This document shows, in pieces, positions 12,617 to 25,203 of a stretch of DNA of 64,000 nt. This DNA comes from Lingula anatina (lineage: Eukaryota; Animalia; Brachiopoda), in NCBI GenBank assembly GCA_051362555.1, contig CM120644.1, positions 22,590,534 through 22,654,533 of the forward strand, given 5' to 3'. Every line of letters begins with the position of its first letter. Within the stretch, counting starts at the first letter, position 1. Below the pieces are notes generated by a model. The model had not been told where the DNA came from. It searched no databases and was given only the letters and a program-made list of their open reading frames with translations. Both the position numbers and the translations under genes were made by a program.

Positions 12617-14077
12617 GACCGAGCAGGCGTAACATATGATCATAATAGGAGCGCGAACATCTTCCAAGGCCTTGCCCCGAACCAGATGGTTGTTTTTCCA
12701 CATTGTGTAATATTGCACCTAATATGTTGCACAAACAGATGGGAGATGTTGTCATTTTTTACTAATATCTCAACAGTGTAGATAAGTGCAGATGAATGGC
12801 CATAGTTCTTCGGTCTTCCAAAAAATCGTTTACTATTTAGAGACATTAGGTTGAAGATGAAACGACAATTAATTGATTTAAGAATTATATATCAGTTGCC
12901 GGGCATGAAAATGACTGGATGCTTGTATTTCACACTTTGTAGAAAATTGAGGAGTTTTATTTTCTATACACATATTCACATACGCATTCTTGATAAATAA
13001 AACGTGACTTCATCGGTATAAACGGTTGTTTACAGGCCATTATTTGGGAAAAATAATGAAGATAGTCAATAAGGCTGTTTCAATAGAAATCGACAAACAT
13101 AGTTCACAGTTTTGTGACAGCTCAAACTTTCAAAATTAAGTTTTTTTTTTTATTTTATTTTATATTTTTGCAATGTGAAGTTGTAACTATGTATAGCGTG
13201 CTAATTATGTTTTGTTTTGTAAGATAAGATTAGTTAATGCTTCACCCTTGCCGCCTAAAGCAAAACCTCACGGATTCTCGCCTTTAGTAGTCTCGCCAGG
13301 CAAGTGCCCACAGTCTCGTTTTGGGTTTTCTAGAATGATTTCCACAACAATTGCATTAATGGGACTATTATCAGATTTATATAGACAACCATACCGTGCA
13401 ATAGAAGCGTAATTCATAGACCGAAAAATTGTGGAAGGCGACCACCTGTCAGATTATTGCGCGAGAAGATCAACTTAGTTTTATCAGGAACAAGGAATTT
13501 GACAGCGGGAATGAAGCTGATATGGTAACCCAGAACTGTTGTTTGTCTGTACTTGACTGGCGAACGTTTTACCGACACTGACACATTTATCAATGGTCGC
13601 AGAAACACATTTTATTACCCCCCCCCCCCTTTGGAGTGGTGACCAAATTTGAAACCAGAAAGTGTATTATGAAAAATAAGGTGCTTTATTTGATCATGGA
13701 CACGTATTCAGTAGCACTAAAATAACACTATAATTAAGTGTTTGTCATAAATGTAAAATAGCAAAGTTGAAAGTAAAATAGCAAAGTCGAAAATGAAGAT
13801 GGATTACATAAACAAGTATAACACAAAGAACACGTATACAGGGTTGTCTAGTTCTGATATGTGCCATCGCCCCCAACACTGTAAATACAGAATCAACATT
13901 TGTCGTCATAGGCTTACATGTCACCATTAGGAGAACGCAACTCAGAAAATATAAGGTGGTCTAGCATTGATTTTGTTTAAATACCCAGCATTCATCAGCT
14001 TTGGTATTCATGTCACTCTAAGTTCCTATATATCAAAGTGTCAGGTGTTGTTAGGCTAGCTCACGAAGACAGCTGTA

Positions 14078-15745
14078 CTATGGCGCTGTAGCTGGAAATG
14101 TTAACACATTCCTTGTGCTGTACAGGTTGTCAGGTTCCATAAACGACGCTCCACGTGCTACGCCGACCCCCCATGACGTCTCCTTGACGATACAGTCGAT
14201 AACGATGACGCCATCAACGGTAAGCATGTACGTTGAACTTTCGTAATGGATCTTGAGTGTGGACTGGTTGAAGAGATTTCGACAGTTGCGCCCTTTGCCT
14301 TTTGGTTTCTTTCTCCTTGTTTCTGTCTGATCACAAAGGGGAATGATGTAATCACCGTAGACGATCATTGCCCCCTGAGGTAGCGCACTGTTAAACGTTC
14401 CGCTGGCAGAGTAGTCTTCGTTCACTATGACGGCCCAGCCTGGAAGTTGGATGTACATGTTCGTGACATTTTCAAAATGCAGACTTTAAGATCTATCCAA
14501 AAGACTTTTTAATTGTAAAATAAATAAATGTATATTGATACAGTGGTAATTTCAATAACTAGGGCCTACTTAGAATGCGGTTACAGGTGGGTAAGGAAAC
14601 GTAATTTTTTACTCTTGTTTTGTCCAGTACACACGTGTTTTTGCATATGTGTGTGTATTATGGGGGTCGTGTGTATCTATGCATCATGTGTGCGTTTGTG
14701 TATAGTATTCTATGTATGCATTTGTATGTTTGCGTTTCTTAAAGGGATAATAACTTTTCATTTTGGCCAAAAAAAATTTTTTTCCCAGAGTAAACAACAA
14801 TTTTCCCATGCTAACCAATAGTTAATGAATCCATTTTTACATTCAAAGTTAGCCCCTGTTTTTTTTTCTAAAAAGTTTGTTTTTTTTAGTATAGCCATCA
14901 GTGGAGGTCACGTGGTCTGAAGACAAGCTCAGATATCAGAATAATAGCTATAACTGTTGTTTTTGTCATAAAACAGAATATATTAAATTTCTATGAATTA
15001 TTCACACTGTTTTTATTGTGAAATATAGACCTCAAACGAAGAGTTATTATCCCTTTAATGTTTTCAAGTGTTTGTGAAATGTATGTCACTAACATACAAA
15101 AACGTTTAAAATATCACGTGATATGCATGATGAATTTAAAAAAATGGCGTACCTGCGTCAGATATCGGAGCGTTAAAGAATTCCACCTTGTGTTCCTTGC
15201 TGGCCGAGACTAGCCGATACCTAGCAGCAGGGTCGACCATGAACGCGGTGAAGGTTAAATTGCCGTCATCGCTTGTCACAGCGTTGGAGGCATCTAAATA
15301 CACTTCATCCTCCACGTCGGTGAAATTGATACCGTATTTCGTCTGAAAGTAAAAGCAACAAGAAATTGCTGCATGACCGTGCTATTTCATATTGGCAATG
15401 AACTTGCTTGAAAACATAACAAATTGGTAAATGTTCCCGTGGAAACTGTTTACACACTCAGCCATCTAAGGGTCTGTTCACGGTCTGTTAATCTGGGGGA
15501 GGGGAGGGTGACATGTTTACAACCGTGTTTATTGTTACCGCCTCGATCTTTGAATAGAGATATAGCATAACACTGTAGAATGATATTTTAATAATGTAAC
15601 ACTATTTAGACAAGGGCTAGCTTGGAACGGAAATCAAAAAAATCTTCCGTCACCATTAGACCAAATTACAACGAGGTGTTTGTGCAACTAAGGCCATTCA
15701 AATCTCAGTTACTATATGTCCGATGAATGACAGCACAACGTTCAA

Positions 15746-15792
<47 letters not shown>

Positions 15793-18700
15793 ATTTAAAA
15801 AAAAGCAGTCATCCCATACCATCAGCCAAGCGGTCGCCATTTTCCCCTCCTGTATGACGTCAGCTTCAGTTCGCCCAATCAGCCAGTTATGGGCAAGTAT
15901 CTCGGTGCGGTTTCCGCCAAAGAAATTCTCGGTTCTTCCGTCCATAATGTAGGTGAGGGCATAGTCATAGCAGGGGGTGTCGCTGTTGGAGCAGGTGTCA
16001 CGGCGGTCGTTGCGGCCAGCATTCACCATTCCCACGCTGACGAGGACCGAGGCCACAATAAACGCTTTGATGCTGCAAAGAGTGACAAGATGATTTTTTG
16101 AAATGACAATATATTGTATTTTGAATAACGCGCCATGCCAGATCTGCCTAACTACCAAAACACTTCGATTTAAAAAAAAATGAGAAAAATTGGTTGAAAC
16201 CAACCAATTGAACCCTTCAATGTGTTTTCAACTAATAATCTGAATAATTATCGGTAGGTACATTAACCGACTGAATCGGTTAAGTTTTATAATTATTTTA
16301 AAATAAATTTAAAATAATCATAAATAAACAAGATCCAAAAGGTTTGTAGAATTACTTAATAATCTTTTGATATTCTTGTTTAATGTCCACAGATCAGTTG
16401 TTCAATAAGCGATCCACAATCGACTGGTTGATCAATAACCGAATAAACCGTTGTTTGTAACTGATTTTAAGTCAACCGATTTGTTTTTAAAGCGTATCCC
16501 TATTATTGTTTCCGCGAGTAAATCAGATGACAGCGCACAATACAGATATTTCTCAAACCCTTGCCGATATGCTGTCTGTTTTGGCACATATATGCAGGTT
16601 AGCAGTCCCTGCACTCTGACGTCCTAAATGTGAATTCTTTGGGGAAAAAACTGTCACCTTTGATACCAGACTATGCTCAATGTCTTATTTGTTATGGCGC
16701 CCATCAATAAACATACATCCATATGCTGTACTTAACTTTCGTTGCCGTTTGCTAGTTATACGGTAAAATAGTATTTATATATGAATATTTAGTGCAATTA
16801 CTAGCCAGTGAATTTTGGCTCTCAGAGCAACACCAGCTACTGAAGCGAATGAGTTTTTCCTTTTTTATTTGATGCCTGGAAGAGAAATGAACACTCCCCT
16901 TAAGTCAATTCTCAAACTCCTAGATTACTTGCCCGGTTCAGTGGAAGAATATTTTGACAATATTCACAATTACTTAGAAACAGCGCAAAAATGTCCCTTT
17001 TCTCACACTGGATTTGGTGTCAGAGTATTTGTTGTTAAGTGGTCGCGTGGCAAACAAGGAAAAAGTCCCAAATTTCCTTCCAGATTTGGAAGACCTTTCC
17101 TCATAACTGACATATTTTTGTTTCGTGACTGCGATTAAATAAAAAGCCACAACTACCGCAACCACAACAACCTTTATCTAATCAAAATCATGTTGAAAGG
17201 CAAAAAAATATTTACTCTTAAACTGGACACTTACGTAGATCTGCTAGATATCATGCTGAGATTGTCATGCAGAAACTTCGGAGTGTCTTCATAACATCTT
17301 GCAGATCTACGCGTGTCCAGAATGAGAGTTAAAACATTTTTGCCTTTTGAACGTCACAACTGGGTGAATCATAATTCACACTTTGATTTCAGAATCAGGT
17401 AAAGCACCCTTGGGCGTTGAGCTTTAAAAAAAAGCTGCTGTCCTCATGATAACTTTCCAGAGAATAACAATTTTATCCAAAAGATAGTGTTATCCATAGG
17501 ATAGCGCTATCCAGTGTTGATAAAGCTGGACCCAGAAGTAATTCGAAGACTTATGTTTCAGTATCGCGTTGTTGTATCTTAACATTTTATTTACCAATGA
17601 ATTCGAGATGTGAAGATAATATCTTGGGCACCAAGAGTTCCCGTACCTCCCGTTCCACGCGCACATGTTCGTCCTAGATGTTGACCCACATACCGGTAGG
17701 TCAGGCTGACCCTTACCATTTTAACTAAATGGGAGGACGGACTTTCTGTAACACGGACCCTCAGTTTCCTTAAACCAGTATGACAGGAATGGTAAACCTC
17801 GGAATGGGAGTCCCGGGGTCCCATGTGATAAGTGCAGGTGATTGTGGATCCCCTATATACAGAAGTTTATCACTTTGTGTGCGAATTCTCCCTCACCGAC
17901 GATAGAAATTGAAAATGAATGGACGTTTTTTAATATTAAACATTCATAGTAATGTCGCAAATTTTCCTAAAAAAATCTGGTTTTAGATCCTTCAAATCGG
18001 AATTCACACTTTAAAACTGATCCATTCAGTGACGCTGACACCTACTTTGTTTACTTGTTTACTTTGTTTACTGGCCGGAATACTGGACAGTCCACATTGT
18101 ATTAATATTCACATGTTGATAATTATCAGGTACCAGCTGGTGACACAGGAACAAACAAACAAACAGTACAGATAAACACATTTATAAAACTGCTTATTGG
18201 TAGGCTAATAACTCTGTATAGTAAATCGTTATCATTACAGAACCCAAAACATAGTAATCTGTATAACAGGGATACGCCAGGACCCACCGCTAACTCTTTT
18301 TCTAACTGTTTTTCTGTATATGCATGACAGTTCTGCATGTTTATGACAACAACTTCAGATGATATCAATAAAGGAAGTACTTATATTAATAATTATATTT
18401 TGGCGTATTCAAGTATTTTATCTTATTGAAATTGTTGAAATCAGAACTATACATCTTTTCATCAGTTAAACATTTTGACAGTTTAAACTGCTACCTTGGT
18501 GGCACAAAATTGGACATTTTTCTTTCACGTTTACAATAAAAAAATTGGAACATATATTTTTGGCTGCAAAAACTTTAGCGATATCTAGCCCCAAAATGTA
18601 CAATTAGGCAACAGTTCCAACGGGATCCCAAAATGTTGTAGCAATGTCAGTAATAAAAACAAATAAACGGTCGGTGGTAAGAAAACAGGCCATATAAAAT

Positions 18701-19276
18701 TTAATTTATCACTAGGTAATTTATATCGTTGATGCAACTTAACAAATCGGCACCACTTGCTTGAGGTCGGGTTGCCCGCCATGTTGGCCAGTGGCTCTCC
18801 TTGTTGTAGCGAGATGTAGCAATGATATTAAAATTATATAGTAAAACATTTCGCTTAAATATCACCCTATTTAGTGAAGAGTGACAGCTTTGCTTGCCAC
18901 TGTACTCATTTTTTTCTAGTGTATTGCGCTTTTTTCAGGTGTTTTGCAGCATTTTGTGTAATTTAAGCACACCTTCATAGGCTCTTCTTATGATTCTTGG
19001 AAGTGACTCTTAGCTTACACAGTTACAGCCACTGAAATTTAAGAAATTGATGCTGTCGTTCGAACGAACTACCCTCTTCGAAGGGAAAGGTCCAATGTAA
19101 ATAAAAAAAATTGATCTAGGTACACGAAGACCCAGTTTTGCAAAAAAGAATAAAAGGGCACCAGCCCATCTCTTTGAAAAATAGCGGCTGCGGCTGGTGC
19201 CTTTTTTCCTGTATTTCACACTTCCTTGTTATTATATTTATGAACACACAGTCACCTACCTTGGAAGAGATTCCAT
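14078..19276 (-). CDS. Secreted protein of unknown family, paralog C (more divergent, about 273 aa)
   Basis: Exons 19260-19276 (ATG GAA TCT CTT CCA AG|gtaggt, 17 nt as in A and B, with a TATA box about 50 nt upstream), 15820-16072, 15153-15342 and 14078-14439. Same phases, ending RNVLTFPATAP*. Exon 1 is less certain than exons 2-4. Confidence 0.82.
14743..15054. mobile_element. MITE with TTAA target duplication (Kolobok-like termini)
   Basis: TTAA|AGGGATAATAACT...AGTTATTATCCCT|TTAA; a partial second copy lies at about 6117-6210. Confidence 0.75.
15745..15793. repeat. (AAAT)n microsatellite
   Basis: Perfect tetranucleotide run. Others: (ATTT)n about 7630-7676, (AAAG)n about 31130-31163, (GA)n about 28289-28348, 36067-36105 and 59446-59482. 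Confidence 0.95.
17194..17350. repeat. MITE-like inverted repeat in intron 1 of paralog C
   Basis: AAAGGCAAAAA..ACTCT..CTGGACAC..CGTAGATCTGC pairs with GCAGATCTACG.GTGTCCAG..AGAGT..TTTTTGCCTTT. Confidence 0.5.
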
Positions 19277-19322
19277 GTCTTGGACTTCGTTTGAAATTGA
19301 GAACATTGCCGCGAATGCATCA

Positions 19323-19328
19323 TTTATA
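19323..19328 (-). promoter_or_regulatory. TATA box of paralog C
   Basis: TATAAA about 47 nt upstream of the ATG at 19276; CCAAT motif near 19387. Confidence 0.6.
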
Positions 19329-21443
19329 GGGAGCGCGTAGGTATTGCCACCCCTGTCACTTACTGTCAATCATCCCCACCTCTAGACCAATCAGCAATCA
19401 GTATCTCTCCCCCCCCCCCCCCACACACACACACACACACTGTATCACTAGTAATTTAGTGTAATTACACATTTTCTAATTAGGCAACTAAAGAACTTGT
19501 TTCAGGCTCCTTGACGCACTGTGAAGTGAGGCTGTATGTTATCATGTACTAGCTACATGTAATTTGATTGTTATCAGTCATTTCAACTTCCCGAATTGTT
19601 AAGATGTGAAGATACTGGGGACGGTATGACGTCTTTTATCTTTATGTTTACCTGCTATAGAATGCAGACACGCTCACTTTCTGGACATTATTTGTATCAG
19701 GGGACATCCTGTGAATAGGGAAACATTTCAAACATCTACGTAACTAGGAATATACATTACATAAATATAGAACTTTGAAGAATCGGAAAAGAATGTAAAT
19801 AAAACACATGATGAACATGCTCTCGGAATTTTGCCTTTAATTTAAAGAAGATTTAATAAGAGTGTTAATAGGAGCGTTGTATCATTTTTATCAAAACTAG
19901 AATTGACCAGTAATTATTTCGTGGTCTCGACATCAGCGAACTTAGCCTGCAAATAATAAAAAGGACGATATTCAAAAACAATAAAGAATGTAGAACCTTG
20001 AATTTGCCTCTATTACTCTTCCGAGTAAATTTAAAGAGTGAAGCGAATATCATGCTGAATTATGTATATCTTTTACTCAATAACAGCAAGCTGTGAATTT
20101 TCTTTGTAATAAACAAATTATTTATTCATCTATTTAAAACAAAGGACTTATAGGGTACCTTGTGTGGAAAGGCTTTTGGTTATTTTTCTGTTTAAAACAT
20201 TAGAGGCCCAGTCAAAGGGCTGAAACGAGAAGAAATTAAGAATTGAAAACTAACAGATATTTTGTAATTTATCAGTCAACTTATGTTTTTGGGTCTTGAA
20301 TCTTGATGCATGGTTGATAAGTTAGGTAACGTGATGTTAAATTATTGTTGATCATCACGTCTCCCCGTGGTGGTAAGATCTGATAATACAGGTATGGCAA
20401 CTTGTCTTTTGTGTTTCTACCTGCCAAAGATAACAGCTGAGCTCCCGGCAGTATCTCTCGGCGTGCCCCTCCCCCTCCATTCCCCCCCCCCTCTCCAACT
20501 TGTCAAGCAGTCCTTCAATCACTACAGTGACGCTGCCCACAAGGTATATTTATTTATTTATATTTATTTTAATTTTCTGTATACCTTTTTACCAACAATA
20601 TGTTGTCGCTCATGGCACTGTATAAGCTGACACGTGTTTTATCAAGTTCCTCTTTTGTACGCTGTATATTTCTTGTCTATTTTGTGGTTGGGAGCTTTAT
20701 AGAAATACTCAAATCGTGAAATTTGGTTAGTCAACGGAGTGACGCCTTCAGAAATGTGACGATGGGAGAAGATAATTACAGACCAGGACTTCAAATAATA
20801 TAAAAATGGTTACACAGAGAACAAAGAACGGGTATCTGCAGGCCTGGGTGCGAGATTGCGGCTTGACAGAGACAGAAGGTGCGGAAATTTCAGATGACAC
20901 AAAGGCAACTACACATTATCAACAATCCGGTTTTGACAATAGACTGGCTGTACTAATGATATCATTATGGTTCGGTTTTTGTTTCCCCTGTTTAGGTACT
21001 GCATTCAAGCCCAAATTCTCGCACTGGTAATTTTTCACGTGGAATCTTAAGAAAAATTATTTTGAAAAAAAAAAAAAAAAAAAACGTGATGGGCACAAAG
21101 CGCCGTTGTTTCAGGGGTTTTCAGCGAAGAATCCCATCAGCCGCGCTGTGCACTCACAATAATAGTAGGTCTACATTCAATACATCCTCCACAAGTTCAT
21201 TGTGAACGGCGCTAAGACAAACACGCGTAATGCTGTGTATAGGAACTAAAAATTTACCTTTACCTTTCAGAGACCATGTATATTAACATTAAAAAAATAT
21301 TTATAGACACGGGACCATGTTCTCTGACAGGTATGTGCAACTCAGCAAAAGAAAGATGGAGAGAGCGGAGTAAGTGAGTGTAGGATTTGGGGTTGGGGGG
21401 GGGGACTGCACTCCTCAAAAACACTGTAACACTGTGTAGTAGA

Positions 21444-21632
21444 CATGGGGAAAATTTTGGAGGTACTGAAGGTCCGGTGTAACGAAACTGAGGGTCCGTG
21501 TAACAGAAAGTCCGCCCTCCATATAGTTATAATGGTTAGGGTTAGTCTGACCTTAGTGGGTCAAAATCTAGGGTGAGGATCACCTGTACAAATGAAAGGA
21601 AAGTGGACTCTCTATCATGGGGGAAATTTTGG
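21444..21632. repeat. Dispersed repeat with GGTTAG units
   Basis: 21485-21560 is the reverse complement of about 17690-17770; a related copy lies near 5085-5180. Flanked by CATGGGG(G)AAA(A)TTTTGG direct repeats. Confidence 0.5.
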
Positions 21633-21944
21633 CGCGTTACTCCGGTCCCGAGGCCTTGCATTATCAAAAAACTTTGCCGGTCTACTGTGGCCTGTTTATA
21701 ATAACATAATGTGAATCACCGATGCAAATTAAATGACAGGACGGGATGAAGTCAAACCGATTTCAATTTCATGTTTTGCTCCATCTTTAAGAGCATCGTA
21801 CCGCTCCAAACTTGCACAAACACTTACAGATATCAACTCATTCTACCCCCTCGCGCACGCTGAGTACAACCCCCTATGATTAAAATTAAATATAAATAAA
21901 ATAAATAAATAAATAAACTGAGGTGAATCGAGTTTCTATACAGC

Positions 21945-21950
21945 TTTATT
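21945..21950 (-). terminator. Candidate polyadenylation signal of the ADAM gene (3' UTR about 1.8 kb)
   Basis: AATAAA on the minus strand followed by a T-rich (TTTA)n tract; other sites are possible. Confidence 0.4.
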
Positions 21951-23747
21951 CTAAAAAAACTCCACAGAATGCCATATCATCCATGCCAACCTTCAGAAAA
22001 TAAGGTTGTTACATAAAGTACTACCCAACCTGGCCTGGACAATATATCATAATATAATACCTTAGGGTTCGTATCCCGACTGCAGATGTAACGTTCAAGT
22101 TCCCGGATCATGACGTCACATACACATTATCAAGGCAAGCCCCTCAAAGCGGAGGATCTGCAGCATGTCAGCACCGTGCACGGTTGAAAGGCCACTTTGC
22201 ATAACAAAACACTATTGAGCAGCAATACAGAGATCAACAAATCAATGTCTAACATTTGAAAGTTAAATTTATATTCTGTTACATAACTTTTTTTTTATTA
22301 ATCTTATTATATTTGTGCTTGTCTAAACTTTAATATCAACACAGCAGCCTTGTAATATATTGTGAATTTTTCACAAATATTTGAACTACTCAGTACCGTG
22401 CTGAATTCGATGGCACTTCCTCACACATAAAAAACGCACATGGAAAACACCAACAATACCTTTTAAAAAACAATAAATTTACCAATGACCAATTATGGTA
22501 TTAAACAAATAGACCATATTTGGTCAATTCTAACTACGTCACACAAACATAATTCACTACACGAATGTTCGATTGAATTTCTATCTGATCACGTTAAAAA
22601 AGATTATTCTACTACAAGATCAATTTATCCTCAAAGAAATATAATTTAAAATATACTTTTTAAATAATAAAATTGTTTGTAACCTAAAATAATTTTTCGT
22701 GTAAATATCTAATAATGACACATCGCGTTCTTCTCGTTCTATCTCGCTCCATCATAAAAACTTAAATATATGATAATTAAAAGACACAGACAGACAGATA
22801 ATATATTTGTACACTGTAACAGCGAGTCCGTAGCTTCCGCTGCTTTAAGAGATAAGAAAGAAATGCATTATTCTGGTAAAAAAAGACCTCTAAATACAAA
22901 CACCATCATCAAACTAAATTTATCTTACAAATAATGCTCTACATGAACCATCAAGTTGTGATGATATGAAAAATATAATCTACACTTTACTCCACTACTG
23001 AACGATAAACACTGTTGAAAAACACAAGGTGCACCGACCAATCTCGAAGACGCCATTTGAAAAACGACACTTTCTTTGAAAACGTCCAAGATGGCGGAGA
23101 AATTAAATTTAGCAAAGTATAATAATTATACAGTGTTATTGTTTTGCGTCTGTCACTCTCTCAAATGTTTATAAACAACATAATTTGAGGCATGATTCGC
23201 CTATAGGGCTCTGGACAACTTAAATCACAATCATAGAGTTGTCAGAGTTCAGTAACATCACGTTAAATATGAGTGGATCAAGCAAGATATCAATATAAAG
23301 CACCCAATGGAAGCCGCATCTTCACAACATCACTGCAACCAAGATCAAACCAGAGTGGCATCCTACAAGTTTTTTTGTAGTTCATTAACATTACACAAAC
23401 GGGGCATGTTGAAGAAACCTAACTCTGCAATTGGCGTCTCTGATGTAGAAAGTTAGATGAATTTTGTTGATATAAGTGACTTAACTGAACGTCATTAAAT
23501 CAGGTGTTTTTCTCTCATTTGCGAAAACACTTGAAATATGTGATATTTTTGCACATTAAAGCTCAAAATGACGGTGTATTATCGGGCTTTTAGGACATCA
23601 CTCTCAACAAGCACAAAACCGGTACACTTTTGAGATAAACAGTCGAGAATCTAAGATTTGAGAAGAATTATCTTATTATGACAGAAATGTGATATTTAAG
23701 CGGCAGTTTTTAATTTTGACATCCAGATTTACGCACAGGAACTCTCG

Positions 23748-25203
23748 TCACACATACTTCTGTCTACTTTTCATACGGCCAGTCGAGTGCCTCCTTTTTG
23801 ACGGAGAAACCGGCGCCTGATCTGATGTCTCGTAAGATATTCTGGCTGGGGCAATGGGGCGAAACTGATTTTGTTTGTGCGCGGGGTAGCCGTATTCCGG
23901 CGACACCCGCCTCACGGGAGTTTTCGGCGGTGAAACGGGACGAAAGTGGTTGTCAGGAGAGACGCTGTGAGGAAGTTGCGAGTCTTCACTCGATAGAGGA
24001 CGGAAAACTTGCTGAGGAGAGATTTCTCGAAAAGCTCCGCCGGATCCAAAAGAGCGCCTCTTTTGGCTTAGTCTATTTGGGGAGCCATTCGGAGAAGAAT
24101 CGATGTGATAATATTGAGGACTGGCTGGGGAAGACACAGAATCAATGCTGTCTCTTTGTTTTTTCACATCAAAACCATCCAGATCAGTGCCGCCATTACC
24201 GACCACGGGTTCCGTCTCCTGTAGACTGAACTGTCCTTTACGAAAATGGCGGTCAGCCTCGGGCTCGCTGCAGCGAAAGTCTTCCGAGTTAGCTGGAGAG
24301 AGGTTGTTGGCCTCTTGTTGGTCTATCTGTTTTATCAAGTCCTCCAAGTTGCGTAGTTTGATAATACGAGACCTGGACGTGGAACCAAACCGCTGCTGTT
24401 TTCCTAGAGAGTCTCCACTTTCTCCGCTGCCGCCATCTTGCTCTTCTCTGCAAGGAGACTGGTCGACCTGTTGGCGGTCGGGAAGATTCTCCCTACTTCG
24501 ACTTTTACTTTTCACTTGTCTCTGAGGCGACCTTTTCGGAGACGACGACAATTTCGAGGAAAGGCCCTCTTCGCTTCCAGATTTCACTGGTGACATCTGA
24601 TTATCATATAAATTCTCCTCACCGAAACGCGGCTCTCTGTCTTGTGGCGAGTATGGAGAATTTGGATCAGATTTCACTTCTCTGTAAGAGTTTTTGCTCC
24701 CTGATTTAGGAATTTGAGACATTAAAGTTTGTGCTAAGTTTTCTTTACTTGACATGGAGGGCGTCTCTTCCTCTAACATATCAATAGATATAGGGTCCCC
24801 GTTACTATCTACAAACAGGGTGTGAGGCGGGACAGGTGACCCCCGTAACTTCGTCACATCAAAATTATCCTTGCTGTGCGAATACGTCAATCTTTTACCA
24901 GATCCCCGACTGTCATCGCTCATGACGTAAACCTCGTTGTCGCTGGGACTCAGCTCGGGCTTACGGCTCTCCCGGCTGCCACGCCCACTGTCGTCCCTGT
25001 GCCCTATGTTCTGTAAACTCTCCGAGCTCCTTGGACCGTTTTTGAGAATCCCCCTCTCCGGGGTCTTTGATAAATTATTGTGGACGATTTTGATGTCTGT
25101 TTGGTCGTCTGCGCTGATGTGTGGGGTTTCCGACTCGCTGCCGCTGCCGATACCCAGGGGTGACTTCTTTCGCCTCTTTTTTCTTTCGTCTAATTTGTCT
25201 TGC
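23748..25203 (-). CDS. ADAM terminal exon (long Ser/Pro-rich cytoplasmic tail)
   Basis: Coincides with the 490-aa ORF. Acceptor ttttccag at 25204-25205 is in phase 2 with exon 23 (RIIKFGNMPSYR|QDK). Ends QKYV*. Confidence 0.9.

Noticed and set aside
17235-17254. Alternative first exon for paralog C (ATG ATA TCT AGC AGA TCT AC|gtaagt)
   Set aside because: Phase fits, but it lies in a MITE-like inverted repeat. 19260-19276 matches A and B in length, sequence and TATA position.
22064-22085. GGTTCGTATCCC resembling a tRNA T-loop/B-box
   Set aside because: No A-box or cloverleaf could be built.
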